Below are positions 50,401 to 58,841 of a stretch of DNA of 64,000 bases, piece after piece (the first letter of the stretch is position 1; each line of letters starts with the position of its first letter). The stretch lies in NCBI GenBank assembly GCA_045128515.1, contig JBGVRO010000010.1:4489-68488 (forward strand). The letters run 5' to 3'. The DNA comes from Eubacteriales bacterium. Its GTDB lineage: Bacteria > Bacillota > Clostridia > Oscillospirales > CAG-272. Position numbers and translations under genes: made by a program. The notes under the pieces were generated by a model. That model worked only from the letters and a program-made list of their open reading frames with translations, was not told the DNA's origin and made no database searches.

Positions 50401-53295
50401 GATCCTAACGGAAACAAGATTACAGTTACCGGAACAAGCTCCGATTGGACATCCAAGACAATAGATCTCATTAAGGAAGGTAAATGGACAGTTTCTATTG
50501 TTGACGACGATAAGTATTGCGCAGCAACTGAAGCAACCTTCACTGTAGATAAGGTTGATAAGTTTACTAAGAAGTTTGATAAGAACTTCCTCTATCGTGT
50601 AGGTAACGAAAATACTGTTGATATCGGTTACATCTTTGGTGAAATCGAAACAGTGGTTGGACTTTCCTCTGTAAATGTTTCTATTACCAATGTTGCAGGA
50701 AATGCAAGCGGAAACTTTACTGCTAACACTTCCGACTGGACAAAGGGAACAATTCAGTTCACCGGCACAGGTGTTGTTAAGGTGACTATTAGTGCTGATG
50801 GAGCAAATCCGATTGATATCAATCTTGAGGTTATTGATGCAACCAACCTTACAAGTGCAACCGGCACAACCACCGGTGGAAACTTTGTACTTGTTAAGGA
50901 CGTTAACACAGCCACTTATGTGAACTATTGGAACTGTACTATTTACGGTAACGGATTCACTTATTCGCTTAATGGTGCTCCCACTGATTATAATTCAAAG
51001 CAGGGACACGGTATTCTCATTACAAAGAATGCAACACTTGATAATCTTGTAATTGTTGGTGATGTATACAATTCTTATGGTGCTTACACAAATCAGAATT
51101 GTTACAATACGGCAGTTGACGTAGTTGGAGATACCACAATTCAGAATTGTTATATCGCTAACTGTGCAGCTCCTGTCAAGGCTCGTAGCAACGTTACAAT
51201 TAAGAACTCCACTTTGTATGGTGGAACAGTGGCGAACCTTCTTATAATGTCCGGTACTGCAACCCTTGAAAATGTAACCACCGCTAACTATGATGATGGC
51301 AGAGCGCTCGTTGGTATGGGTATAGTAATCCACTCCGATGCTACTGAAACTGCAAAGCTTGTTCTTAACGGAACCCTCACACAGTACAATTTCATTAGCG
51401 AGAGTAAAGTTCCTACAGATACATACGCAAAGAATCTTCATGACGCGATGTTTGGTAGTAATTGCAGTCAGTATCAGTTCGGCACATCACCTAATCGCTA
51501 TGTTAATACCGGTATTATCTCCTTAACATCTACATTCAACGGAGAGGATATTACCGATAACGCTAATACAGGTTATGTTGGTAAGTCTGTTTCTGCAAGT
51601 GGTTTCAATGGATATGTTTATACACAACTGAATACAAGCGGATCAGTAAATAACAATTATCCCGAGTATAAGCCTACCACTCAGGGAGCTGTTCCTCCTA
51701 GCTATTCTTTCGATTACACTAACAAGAACTATATAGCTAAGACAGAGGGCTCTAACGACTACTGTTACGAAGAGAATGGTAGAGTTAATATCTCCGTGGA
51801 TCAGGGCGATACTTTCAATTGGGATACATCTATTCTTACAATTGGCAAGGGTATAACAAGCTACACTGTTTCAATGAATGGCACCGACTACACAGGAAAG
51901 TCTATCGCATTCAACACAGCTGGTGATTACATTGTAACGTATATTTACACAGATGAGAATAACTACAAGCTTGATGAAAACGGTAATATAACTACATACA
52001 GTGTAACTCACACAAAGACAGTTAATATTACTGTTGCCGTAGTTGAAGCGACTACCAAGCATGCAGAGTTTACTTTTGGTAGCTCCAATACAGCTTCCAC
52101 AACCGTAACAGTCGGAAATAACACCTACGTTATGCCTAATGTGAGTGGCACGTCTAGTACTATTGGAAGCACTACGGTTAGTGGTCAGACTATATACTAT
52201 CCTATTGTAGAAATCATCATGTCTGACGGAAAGACTAGCCATACGAGCGGTTGGTACGCTTATTTCCCTGTATTTAGCGGCGCGGTGACTATTACCGATT
52301 ACGCTAATAACGGAACAGGCGATAAGATGACACCTTACGATGGTTCTACAACTACTATGCCTAGCGATCTTTCGATAGTTGGTGATCCTACACAGCTCTT
52401 TAAGTATCAGTCGTCTTCTGCGGCAGGCAGCACGCCTGTTGTTAAGAACAACAAACTCGTATATAGTTCCGCTAAAATTGAGGCAAAGCGTAGCGAATAT
52501 AACACTGTAATTCAGTATAGCTACACCGATAACGCTGGTGCAACTTACTACTATTATATTGGCTATCATGCACCTGCACAGTCGTACACAAGTTGCGTCA
52601 CCCCCGACACTCTTGTAACTCTTGCAGATGGTACTCAAGTACGTGTTGATTCTTTGACTGGTAATGAAATGTTGCTTGTGTGGAATCATCAGACTGGTGC
52701 TTTGGAGAGCGTTCCAGTAGCATACATTGTAGATCATGAAGGCGTTGTTTCTGAACAAGAAATTATCCGTCTGAATTTTGCTAACGGCAAAACGGTAAAA
52801 ATCATTGGGGAACACGTATTCTTTGATGCAACGCTCAACAAGTACGTTGCAATCACCTCCGAAAATGCAGAGTCATTTATCGGTCACAAGTTTGCCGCTC
52901 TTGATGCTAACAGCGAAACCTTGGAAATGGTTGATTTGATTTCTGTTGAAAGAGAAGTTAAGGAAACCACTGTTTATGAGGTAGTTTCCTACAAGCATTT
53001 GACATGCTTCACCGAGGGAATCCTTTCTACTTCTGCTTACCTTGATCCCTTGCTCAATACATTCGATATTGATGCGGATACAATGGCATACGATGCAGAG
53101 CTTGTACAGAAGGATATTGAAACCTACGGACTTTACACTTATGCAGATTTTGAAGACCTGATTTCTGAGGAAGCATTTGAACTTTACAATGCTGCATATC
53201 TTAAGATTGCAATTGGCAAGGGATATATCACTTGGGATGACATTCTCGAAATGATAGATATCTACTTTGATGTAGAAGTTCAGCCTATTCAGTAA
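47401..53295 (+). CDS. Giant (1964 aa) TasA-like-domain protein with GLUG/beta-helix and Ig-like passengers and a C-terminal Hint domain plus an ~87-aa tail
   Basis: Signal ..LVLCLTMFLGTTFAWFTDIVVSGGNIIQSGKLDA and domain end AGNEYQEKSLCDKGFSLKLLATQ. FEGTFDGNGHTVSN is a GLUG-type repeat. There are three ..DWTK.TI.F...G.AKVTI modules. The Hint domain starts at Cys1732. Confidence 0.82.
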   Translation: MNPTQKSFLTSIVALVLCLTMFLGTTFAWFTDIVVSGGNIIQSGKLDAEMYWSDEYLASTDSGWTQVKDNKPIFTYDNWEPGYTEIKYIKVANAGNLNFKWKLSIEAEGKVTDLSDVIDVYYVNPVNGELTKQALAARTPDGKLTDVLANKTATEGDQLTPGGSVVLAIAFQMDKLAGNEYQEKSLCDKGFSLKLLATQATGENDSFDDQYDKESEWPEIPSAGNNASADVPTDANGVVTTETTITGNGMSATVPAGTQLTQGTNKLTLSVNNVEDSKANVTLAEGEELRALDVHISGVAEGNTTPIAVTLTEALPKGLNIGNYTLHHVEDGQTVPMTLLADGATPVHNNFTYDPVTGDVTLYMASFSEVDLIAEPAKWEGKRDYSWYTNAVAPVDGEAVTEYVIANADQLAAFSAIVGGMDGQTRDSFVGKTVKLVADINLGDKESENNPEVIFYPIGYYNSEGTYERTNTAITSGLRIFEGTFDGNGHTVSNFYHNTWEMKGDHDWYSPEEQYYRDGMGLFGRVYKGTVKNLTVKNFSSDGEIATTGVIAAYADGATFENIAIFNCNPRVYNIGNGGIVGCVGWYAKDAGLTTTFKNITVDNSNKISALWGSYDVACGGIVGQYYPTSGQTSAGTPKNAGISFENCHVSAVMDVYNDVCANYQYYAYRYTGMLIGSVRENVTIDGHSYPKMDGITAKDCTVHFGTWNDYYYCEIIDNTTASYTHDYQMSRLTEIKAIDGTTITYLDGTTGTVPASGRANYVIVDYTKGHGTENATCYHFKDGAVWTHDMGGAHDGTDGGKIIDENGDGKPDLREDKQHIYLEFNNLVTGYGWGVTSRGFNNLNGVTNLDIQQGEQESSVEKFEDAGYTPKDYRPGETITIGDLFNVKGNAVINGKSVYVSVSPVTEDDKVSATFQLDPDDWTKSTITFAADSTGTAKVTITDYIFCTPTTIYLNEEEAKTKFTANSVSAQEAYTQITLSTIFGVKNGATIGNVTATVTDPNGNKITVTGTSSDWTSKTIDLIKEGKWTVSIVDDDKYCAATEATFTVDKVDKFTKKFDKNFLYRVGNENTVDIGYIFGEIETVVGLSSVNVSITNVAGNASGNFTANTSDWTKGTIQFTGTGVVKVTISADGANPIDINLEVIDATNLTSATGTTTGGNFVLVKDVNTATYVNYWNCTIYGNGFTYSLNGAPTDYNSKQGHGILITKNATLDNLVIVGDVYNSYGAYTNQNCYNTAVDVVGDTTIQNCYIANCAAPVKARSNVTIKNSTLYGGTVANLLIMSGTATLENVTTANYDDGRALVGMGIVIHSDATETAKLVLNGTLTQYNFISESKVPTDTYAKNLHDAMFGSNCSQYQFGTSPNRYVNTGIISLTSTFNGEDITDNANTGYVGKSVSASGFNGYVYTQLNTSGSVNNNYPEYKPTTQGAVPPSYSFDYTNKNYIAKTEGSNDYCYEENGRVNISVDQGDTFNWDTSILTIGKGITSYTVSMNGTDYTGKSIAFNTAGDYIVTYIYTDENNYKLDENGNITTYSVTHTKTVNITVAVVEATTKHAEFTFGSSNTASTTVTVGNNTYVMPNVSGTSSTIGSTTVSGQTIYYPIVEIIMSDGKTSHTSGWYAYFPVFSGAVTITDYANNGTGDKMTPYDGSTTTMPSDLSIVGDPTQLFKYQSSSAAGSTPVVKNNKLVYSSAKIEAKRSEYNTVIQYSYTDNAGATYYYYIGYHAPAQSYTSCVTPDTLVTLADGTQVRVDSLTGNEMLLVWNHQTGALESVPVAYIVDHEGVVSEQEIIRLNFANGKTVKIIGEHVFFDATLNKYVAITSENAESFIGHKFAALDANSETLEMVDLISVEREVKETTVYEVVSYKHLTCFTEGILSTSAYLDPLLNTFDIDADTMAYDAELVQKDIETYGLYTYADFEDLISEEAFELYNAAYLKIAIGKGYITWDDILEMIDIYFDVEVQPIQ
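52594..53033 (+). other. Hint (hedgehog/intein-like, BIL-type) domain inside the 1964-aa CDS
   Basis: Block A C-VTPDTLVTLADGTQVRVDSL, block B-like KIIGEHVFF and a block F/G-like segment TTVYEVVSYKHLTCFTEGILSTS. The terminal His-Asn and a +1 nucleophile context are absent. Confidence 0.7.
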
Positions 53296-53305
53296 TTAAA
53301 ATTAC

Positions 53306-53331
53306 CCCCCCCGACCTTCGGGTCGGGTGGG
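53306..53331 (+). other. GC-rich stem-loop without a U-tract, just after the giant gene
   Basis: cccccccgacc-ttcg-ggtcgggtggg (11-bp stem with one mismatch). Confidence 0.55.
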
Positions 53332-53395
53332 ATTACCCCCAAAAATAAACGGAATTGATGAAAAGACGAAATAAAACGAAAGGAGGTTATTCGTT

Positions 53396-53920
53396 GTGAG
53401 CTTTTTTGAAAAACTCAAAAAGCCTGAGGAGGCTGAGGATGAAGTCGTTACCGACAAGGCATTTATGCGTGGCATAATTACATCATTCTTTGCAATCGCT
53501 ATGTGTATTATTATGCTGGGCGCTTCTACTTACGCCTGGTTTACCACTTCTATTCAGAGCACTCAGACAATATCCTCTGCCGTTTATGTTTTAAGTATTA
53601 AGGTCGATGGTGGCGGTGAGATACTTAGTCCCACAACGTATAAAGGTAACGACGTCTACACCCTTGAGGGAGGTAAGACCTATACCGTAACCGTAACCGC
53701 CGTCGAGGAGGGTACTACCGGTAACACAGGCTACATAAAGCTTGAGATCGGTGACCAAAGCTTTGTTTCAGATCAGATTGACCGTGGAAAAACGATCACC
53801 TTCACCCTTACGTTTACCGAGGAAACCGAGGTAACGATTGTTGAGGGCTGGGGAACGTCCAGCGCCGAGGTCAGAACGATCCATAACAATGGCAAATACG
53901 ATAACAATAACCTAAAGTAA
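53396..53920 (+). CDS. TasA-like small subunit (174 aa) with a SipW-class signal peptide
   Basis: GTG start 8 nt after aggagg; ..FFAIAMCIIMLGASTYAWFTTSIQSTQTISS. Confidence 0.72.
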   Translation: MSFFEKLKKPEEAEDEVVTDKAFMRGIITSFFAIAMCIIMLGASTYAWFTTSIQSTQTISSAVYVLSIKVDGGGEILSPTTYKGNDVYTLEGGKTYTVTVTAVEEGTTGNTGYIKLEIGDQSFVSDQIDRGKTITFTLTFTEETEVTIVEGWGTSSAEVRTIHNNGKYDNNNLK

Positions 53921-53985
53921 CTTACAAATAATTCGAGAGGAGGTTTTTAGTCATAAACGTATTATTTAAAAGAGTATTACTCGTT

Positions 53986-54447
53986 GTGCTCAGTATATTG
54001 ATCCTTGTCGGTGTTGGACTGATGATATGGATGCTTTTGGCAGATCATGGTGGCGAGGCGATCAAGGTACGCGTTGACGTTGACATTGCGGTCGAAGCAG
54101 GTATCAATGACGTAGTAATCGTTCCCGGATATAAAAATGAATATCACCTGAAGGTGACGGCAGATAAGCCGGATGAGTATGATTTGACCTTCTCCTTCGT
54201 AGAACAGGGCAACACAGCAAACGCCCTGAAGGATAACCTCTACATCCTCATCGAGCATGACGGTGTAGTGTACTGCGATGCAAAGCTCTCCGAGCTTTAT
54301 GAGGGCGGTCCGACAATGACCCTTCAGCTTAAGCGACTTGTGGCGCAGGACGTTAAGGTTATCTATTATATCCCCGAAGAAGTTGGCAATGAAATTAAGG
54401 GCGACGAAATTGATTTCGGATTGTTTATCACTGCCCGAGAAAAGTGA
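53986..54447 (+). CDS. Divergent TasA-like small protein with an N-terminal TM and no AxFTD motif; start uncertain
   Basis: The frame is open from 53932. A GTG at 53986 would begin inside the TM helix. The C-terminal motif EVGNEIKGDEIDFGLFITA parallels the AGNEYQ...ATQ ends of its neighbours. Confidence 0.55.
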   Translation: MLSILILVGVGLMIWMLLADHGGEAIKVRVDVDIAVEAGINDVVIVPGYKNEYHLKVTADKPDEYDLTFSFVEQGNTANALKDNLYILIEHDGVVYCDAKLSELYEGGPTMTLQLKRLVAQDVKVIYYIPEEVGNEIKGDEIDFGLFITAREK

Positions 54448-54454
54448 GAAATTT

Positions 54455-55249
54455 ATGGACAAAAATTTACTTAAAAAGATCGGGGATATTGCAGCTAACG
54501 TTGTAATGTACATTTTCCTTGCCGTGTGCATTCTGTCAGTTATTATGACCGTGTTCGGCAAGAGAGATGCGGACGGCACCGTCGAGATCTTCGGACATCA
54601 GATGCGAATCGTAGTTTCCGACTCAATGGCAAAGTCCGAGTTTACCGACGTTTCGGATTACAAAATTAAGCATATTCCCATTAACACTATGGTGTTTATC
54701 AAGCTTGTGCCTGATGATCCCGTCCTGGCGGATCAGTGGTATGACGATATTGAGATCGGTGACGTTCTCACCTTCCGTTACGTATACACAAATCAGGTTA
54801 CGATAACCCACCGTGTTGTTGATATTAAAGAAAAGGATACCGGCGGCTACCTCATTTATCTTGAGGGAGATAACAAAAATTCGGACTCCGAGCTGCTTAA
54901 GCAGACGATCGATACCTCGATCCCCAACAGCACCAATTACGTAATTGGTAAGGTCGTTGCAACGAATTTCCTGTTCGGTTTATTCCTTAGCATTATTAGA
55001 AAGCCTATTGGCGCAATTTGTATTATCATTCTTCCTTGTTTCATCATTATTCTGATCGAGGTGCTTAAGATCGTGCGTGTGCTTAACGCCGACAAAAAGC
55101 AGCAGAATCAGGACGAAATGGCGAAAAAGGAAAGCGAGCTTGAGGAGCTTCGTCGTCAGCTTGCAGCTCTGCAGAACGCACAGCCTGCTGAAAATTCTGA
55201 TGAGCCGACACCTGCAAGTGAATCTAACGAAGATAATAAGGAGGTATAA
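54455..55249 (+). CDS. sipW: Second SipW-like (S26B) signal peptidase I
   Basis: N-terminal TM, Ser box VVSDSMAKS, GDVLTF, His box ITHRVVDI, GDNKNSD, a second TM and an acidic/coiled tail. The start is at the ATG at 54455 (MDKNLLKK). Confidence 0.8.
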   Translation: MDKNLLKKIGDIAANVVMYIFLAVCILSVIMTVFGKRDADGTVEIFGHQMRIVVSDSMAKSEFTDVSDYKIKHIPINTMVFIKLVPDDPVLADQWYDDIEIGDVLTFRYVYTNQVTITHRVVDIKEKDTGGYLIYLEGDNKNSDSELLKQTIDTSIPNSTNYVIGKVVATNFLFGLFLSIIRKPIGAICIIILPCFIIILIEVLKIVRVLNADKKQQNQDEMAKKESELEELRRQLAALQNAQPAENSDEPTPASESNEDNKEV

Positions 55250-55822
55250 ATGTACACTTTTATTATCATATTCTTGATTATAGCCACTATTTTCGCTATC
55301 GGAACGCTTATTTACGTTGTTGCCGATACTATCCTCGATCTCTTCAGAAAGAAGCCTGAGGAAGAAGAAAAGGTGGTTGAACAGCCCCCTGTTGTTGTGG
55401 TTGTTCCTGAACCCGAGCCTGAACCTGAGCCTGAGCCTGAGCCCGAACCCGAGCCCGAGCCTATACCCGTACCCGTAGTTATTCCTGTTCTTGAGGTAGA
55501 GCAGATCGACGCGGTTGAGGCAGATGCTATGATTCCTGACGAGGTTGCAATGGGATCTGTCCGCTACGAAAGCGGTGCAGGACACGGTAAGAAGGGTGAA
55601 ATTAACATCGGTGTTATTGACCAGCACTTTGAAGATGGCGAGGTCATCACCATTCAGGCACTTAAAAATAAAAATCTTATCAGCAGAAAGGATTGCCGCA
55701 TAAAGGTACTTGCCCACGGCATCCTTAGAAAGAGCTTCACCGTTAAGGCTGAAGCATTCTCGGTCGAGGCAATTAAGATGATCGAGCTTATGGGCGGTAC
55801 AGTAATAATTTTAGTTGATTGA
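55250..55822 (+). CDS. Membrane-anchored protein: N-terminal TM, (EP)n linker and a domain homologous to the C-terminal half of ribosomal protein uL15
   Basis: TM FIIIFLIIATIFAIGTLIYVVA followed by RKK, then (PE)x10. The segment KKGEINIGVIDQHFEDGEVITIQALKNKNLISRKDCRIKVLAHGILRKSFTVKAEAFSVEAIKMIELMGGTVIIL follows. It aligns with B. subtilis RplO ..[73 protein letters not shown]. Confidence 0.75.
   Translation: MYTFIIIFLIIATIFAIGTLIYVVADTILDLFRKKPEEEEKVVEQPPVVVVVPEPEPEPEPEPEPEPEPEPIPVPVVIPVLEVEQIDAVEADAMIPDEVAMGSVRYESGAGHGKKGEINIGVIDQHFEDGEVITIQALKNKNLISRKDCRIKVLAHGILRKSFTVKAEAFSVEAIKMIELMGGTVIILVD
55406..55476 (+). repeat. Hexanucleotide (GAR-CCY) coding microsatellite encoding (EP)n
   Basis: cctgaacccgagcctgaacctgagcctgagcctgagcccgaacccgagcccgagcct... 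Confidence 0.85.
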
Positions 55823-55878
55823 TATTATTGCAATAATGCAATATTTCAATATTCAACTGTTTGAAAGGAGGACAAACA

Positions 55879-56544
55879 GTGAGCCACATTAAAACAAAAA
55901 GAGCATTGCTGGTTTCCAGCGCAATAATCCTTTTGTGTATGACGATCATCGTTGGCGCTACGTACTCTCTGTTTACAGACCGCTTCTCGGTGGGCAACCA
56001 TCTTGTAGCAGGCGAGCTTGAGATTTCGCTGCAGAGAACACGCCTTGCATATATGTCTCTTGACGATGCAGGCTATCTTAGCGAAACCGTAAATAACACA
56101 GTGTATGATTTCACCGACAGAACGTCAAACAACATCTTCGGATTAGACGCAGGCAATATCAGAATTGCTCCCGGTAGTTACTTCGAGGCTGACCTTCGTG
56201 TTATCAACGATAATGCCGAGAATGCCAATTACTACTCAAACGTAGCGTTTACATACGATGTTACGTTCGTTCTTTTGGAAGGTAACCCCTACCTCGCTAA
56301 TCAGATGCAGGTAACCGTTATCGACCACTTGGGCAACGAAAAATCCATGCGACTTGACGAAGCCGTTAATGGACACGTTTTTGAGGCAGGCACTCTTGAA
56401 GCAGGCGAGATCGGTCAGAACTTTACCGTACGAGTTGAGTTCCTTGACGACGTAAACTACCCCGACGAGTTTGACAACGACCTGGCAAAGGGCGGAGAGC
56501 TTATCTTCGACCTTGTTGTATCCGCTGTTCAGGCGACCAAGTAA
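55879..56544 (+). CDS. TasA-like small subunit (221 aa) with a SipW-class signal peptide
   Basis: GTG start 6 nt after aaggagga; ..IILLCMTIIVGATYSLFTDRFSVGNHLVAGELEI. Domain end DNDLAKGGELIFDLVVSAVQ. Confidence 0.75.
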   Translation: MSHIKTKRALLVSSAIILLCMTIIVGATYSLFTDRFSVGNHLVAGELEISLQRTRLAYMSLDDAGYLSETVNNTVYDFTDRTSNNIFGLDAGNIRIAPGSYFEADLRVINDNAENANYYSNVAFTYDVTFVLLEGNPYLANQMQVTVIDHLGNEKSMRLDEAVNGHVFEAGTLEAGEIGQNFTVRVEFLDDVNYPDEFDNDLAKGGELIFDLVVSAVQATK

Positions 56545-56665
56545 TTGTCGATTTGTCATAGCACATCCCAATTAACAACAGGCCGTGATTTTGGACTTTG
56601 GTCACGGTTTGCAACCTAAAATTCCATGTTCGAACATATAAACTTTAGAAAGGTAGAAAAAGACA

Positions 56666-58648
56666 ATGAAAAAGAAAGTTTTAATGTCCTCGATCGTGAC
56701 AATCGTTCTTTGTCTCACATTGATCGCAGGATCCACATTCGCACTTTTCACTGACAAGAATGAGATCAACATTGCAGTTACATCCGGTAAGGTTGATATG
56801 ACAGCGAAGCTCGATGGCCTTACAGCTTACTCTGTAAGACCTGCTACAGTAGCTGAACAGGTTGCTGCAGAGAGAGGCGAGCTCACTCTTATTGAGGATG
56901 AGTTCAACGGCCTCTATGTATATGAGGAAAAGACTAATGGCGTGTTCGCTAACGGCGGAACCGCTACTCTTAATGACAAAGGAAACACTTTGGAATTGAA
57001 TCTCGTTACCCCCGGTGACAAGGTTGCTTTTGATATCGTTGGTACCAACGAGAGCGACGTTACCACCCAGTATCGTTATATCATCGAGTGCGTTGGCGGT
57101 CAGACTCTTATGAGTGGCCTTCTCGTTACTATCAATGGTGTTACTTATGATTACCTCGGCTCCTATACATCTCCTTGGATGACTCTTGAGCCTACCGATA
57201 AGGTTATCGACAATGTTCCTGTTGTTATCGAACTTCCTGTTAAGGCAGGTAACGATTACCAGATGCAGAAGACTGCGATCAAGGTTACTGTTGAGGCAGT
57301 TCAGGGCAATGCTGATGTTGCTGACAACAGTGTTCCTCTGGTTGAATACCTTAACGGTGTTACCGTTGAAATGGGCGACAAGCCCGTTTCCAAGGTTGGT
57401 GTTGTTAATACCAGCAATCTTGACCTTAATAACGGCACCATCGAGGTTGACTATGTTGGCTTCCAGAACTATGGCGAAGCTACTCTCACCAATGTTGAAA
57501 TTAAGGGCGGTACCTCCGGTACAGTTGCTTACGGATACGCACTTAACGCATACGCAGGTTCCAATACCGTTTTGAACAACGTTATCGTTGACTCCAACAA
57601 CGGCGGTGTCTCGGTTTCTGATGGCGGTCAGTTGACCTTCAATAGCGGTTCCGTAGAGGTTGACTCTAAGAGCACTTCCGGTCGTTATCTCTTCTACGTT
57701 GTAGGTGAGGATACTGTTGCTACAATCAATGGTGGTAACTTCGACTTTAACAAGACTCAGAACCAGAAGAGAGCTTACGCTTACGTAGGTGAGGGCGCAA
57801 CCCTTATCATCAACGGCGGTACATTCGGTACTGCATCCAGCAGAAGCGGTTATACCGCAGGTCTCCTTGGTGAGGGTGATATCATCATCACCGGTGGTAC
57901 CTTCGGCTTCAATCCTACCACTTGGGTAGCAAACGGTTGTAAGGTTGAAAAGATTGGTAAGAACTGGGTAGTTTCTTCTGACAATGCAACCTTGAATGAA
58001 GCAATTCAGAACGGCGATAAGGAGATTACTCTTGGTGCAGGTAGCTTCACTATGCCTGCTACTACCGGTGACGTAACCATTACCGGTAATGAGAATACCG
58101 TAATCACTATCAACAAGCCCACCGCTAACAATGTTACCATTAAGGGCGTTACCGTTGTTGGTTCCGGCAACTACACCGGTATTCAGCACAGCGACAAGGT
58201 TGTTTACGAGAACTGCGTAATTAAGGGCGTTCAGTTCCTCTATGCAAACGAGGTTGAATTTATTAACTGTGTAATTGATTTGACCGCAAAGGCAGATTAC
58301 ATCTGGACATACGGTGCTAAGAATGTTACCTTCGATGGCTGTACATTCAACACCGCAGGTAAGGCTCTTCTTATCTACTCTGAAGATAAGGGCCTTGAGA
58401 CAGTTGTAACTGTTAAGAACTGCACATTCAATGCTACCGCAAGCGCTCTTGCAAGCGGAGCAACTGCTGCAGCTATTGAGATCGACAGTAGTCTTTCTAC
58501 TAACGGTCACTACACTTTGATTACTGAGAACAATACCGTTGACTCCGACTTCTCCGGCGAATGGAGAATCAAGAAGTCCGGTACTGACAATACCACTGTT
58601 AATGGCGTTATTTATAACGCAATTACCATCGACGGTGTACAGCAGTAA
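56666..58648 (+). CDS. TasA-like N-terminal domain fused to a beta-helix passenger (660 aa)
   Basis: MKKKVLMSSIVTIVLCLTLIAGSTFALFTDKNEINIAVTSGKVDM and domain end AGNDYQMQKTAIKVTVEAVQ. Beta-helix-like repeats follow. Confidence 0.8.
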   Translation: MKKKVLMSSIVTIVLCLTLIAGSTFALFTDKNEINIAVTSGKVDMTAKLDGLTAYSVRPATVAEQVAAERGELTLIEDEFNGLYVYEEKTNGVFANGGTATLNDKGNTLELNLVTPGDKVAFDIVGTNESDVTTQYRYIIECVGGQTLMSGLLVTINGVTYDYLGSYTSPWMTLEPTDKVIDNVPVVIELPVKAGNDYQMQKTAIKVTVEAVQGNADVADNSVPLVEYLNGVTVEMGDKPVSKVGVVNTSNLDLNNGTIEVDYVGFQNYGEATLTNVEIKGGTSGTVAYGYALNAYAGSNTVLNNVIVDSNNGGVSVSDGGQLTFNSGSVEVDSKSTSGRYLFYVVGEDTVATINGGNFDFNKTQNQKRAYAYVGEGATLIINGGTFGTASSRSGYTAGLLGEGDIIITGGTFGFNPTTWVANGCKVEKIGKNWVVSSDNATLNEAIQNGDKEITLGAGSFTMPATTGDVTITGNENTVITINKPTANNVTIKGVTVVGSGNYTGIQHSDKVVYENCVIKGVQFLYANEVEFINCVIDLTAKADYIWTYGAKNVTFDGCTFNTAGKALLIYSEDKGLETVVTVKNCTFNATASALASGATAAAIEIDSSLSTNGHYTLITENNTVDSDFSGEWRIKKSGTDNTTVNGVIYNAITIDGVQQ

Positions 58649-58717
58649 TTTTTAGCGACTAATTCTAAACAATTCTCGACACTGCCTACACTCTTGTAGG
58701 CAGTGCGGAAAAACATT

Positions 58718-58750
58718 AAAAAACACTCCCACCTCCGGGAGTGTTTTTTG
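58718..58750 (+). terminator. Intrinsic terminator of the plus-strand TasA/SipW operon
   Basis: aaaaaacactccc-acctcc-gggagtgtttttt. Confidence 0.7.
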
Positions 58751-58811
58751 TTGTATAACGAAAACCACGCGAAGCCAAGGCGGTGTAAAATAGACTATGC
58801 CCGAAACTGAA

Positions 58812-58840
58812 ATACCCCCCGTAAAAACGGGGGGTATAGT
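58812..58840 (-). terminator. Terminator-like hairpin downstream of the 1121-aa gene
   Basis: atacccccc-gtaaaaac-ggggggtat. On the minus strand it is followed by ttcagtttc. Confidence 0.5.
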
Positions 58841-58841
58841 T

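Noticed and set aside
52594-53033. The possibility that the Hint region is a true protein-splicing intein or carries a homing endonuclease.
   Set aside because: There is no terminal His-Asn. No C-extein resumes a host protein; only an ~87-aa tail follows. At ~147 aa the domain has no room for an endonuclease insert. It fits a BIL/pre-toxin-type Hint that only cleaves or transfers.
55250-55822. The possibility that this ORF is simply the ribosomal protein gene rplO.
   Set aside because: It lacks the Gly/Arg-rich N-terminal half of uL15 and instead has a TM helix and an (EP)n spacer. It sits between a signal peptidase gene and a TasA-like gene rather than in the spc ribosomal operon context (rpmD-rplO-secY).
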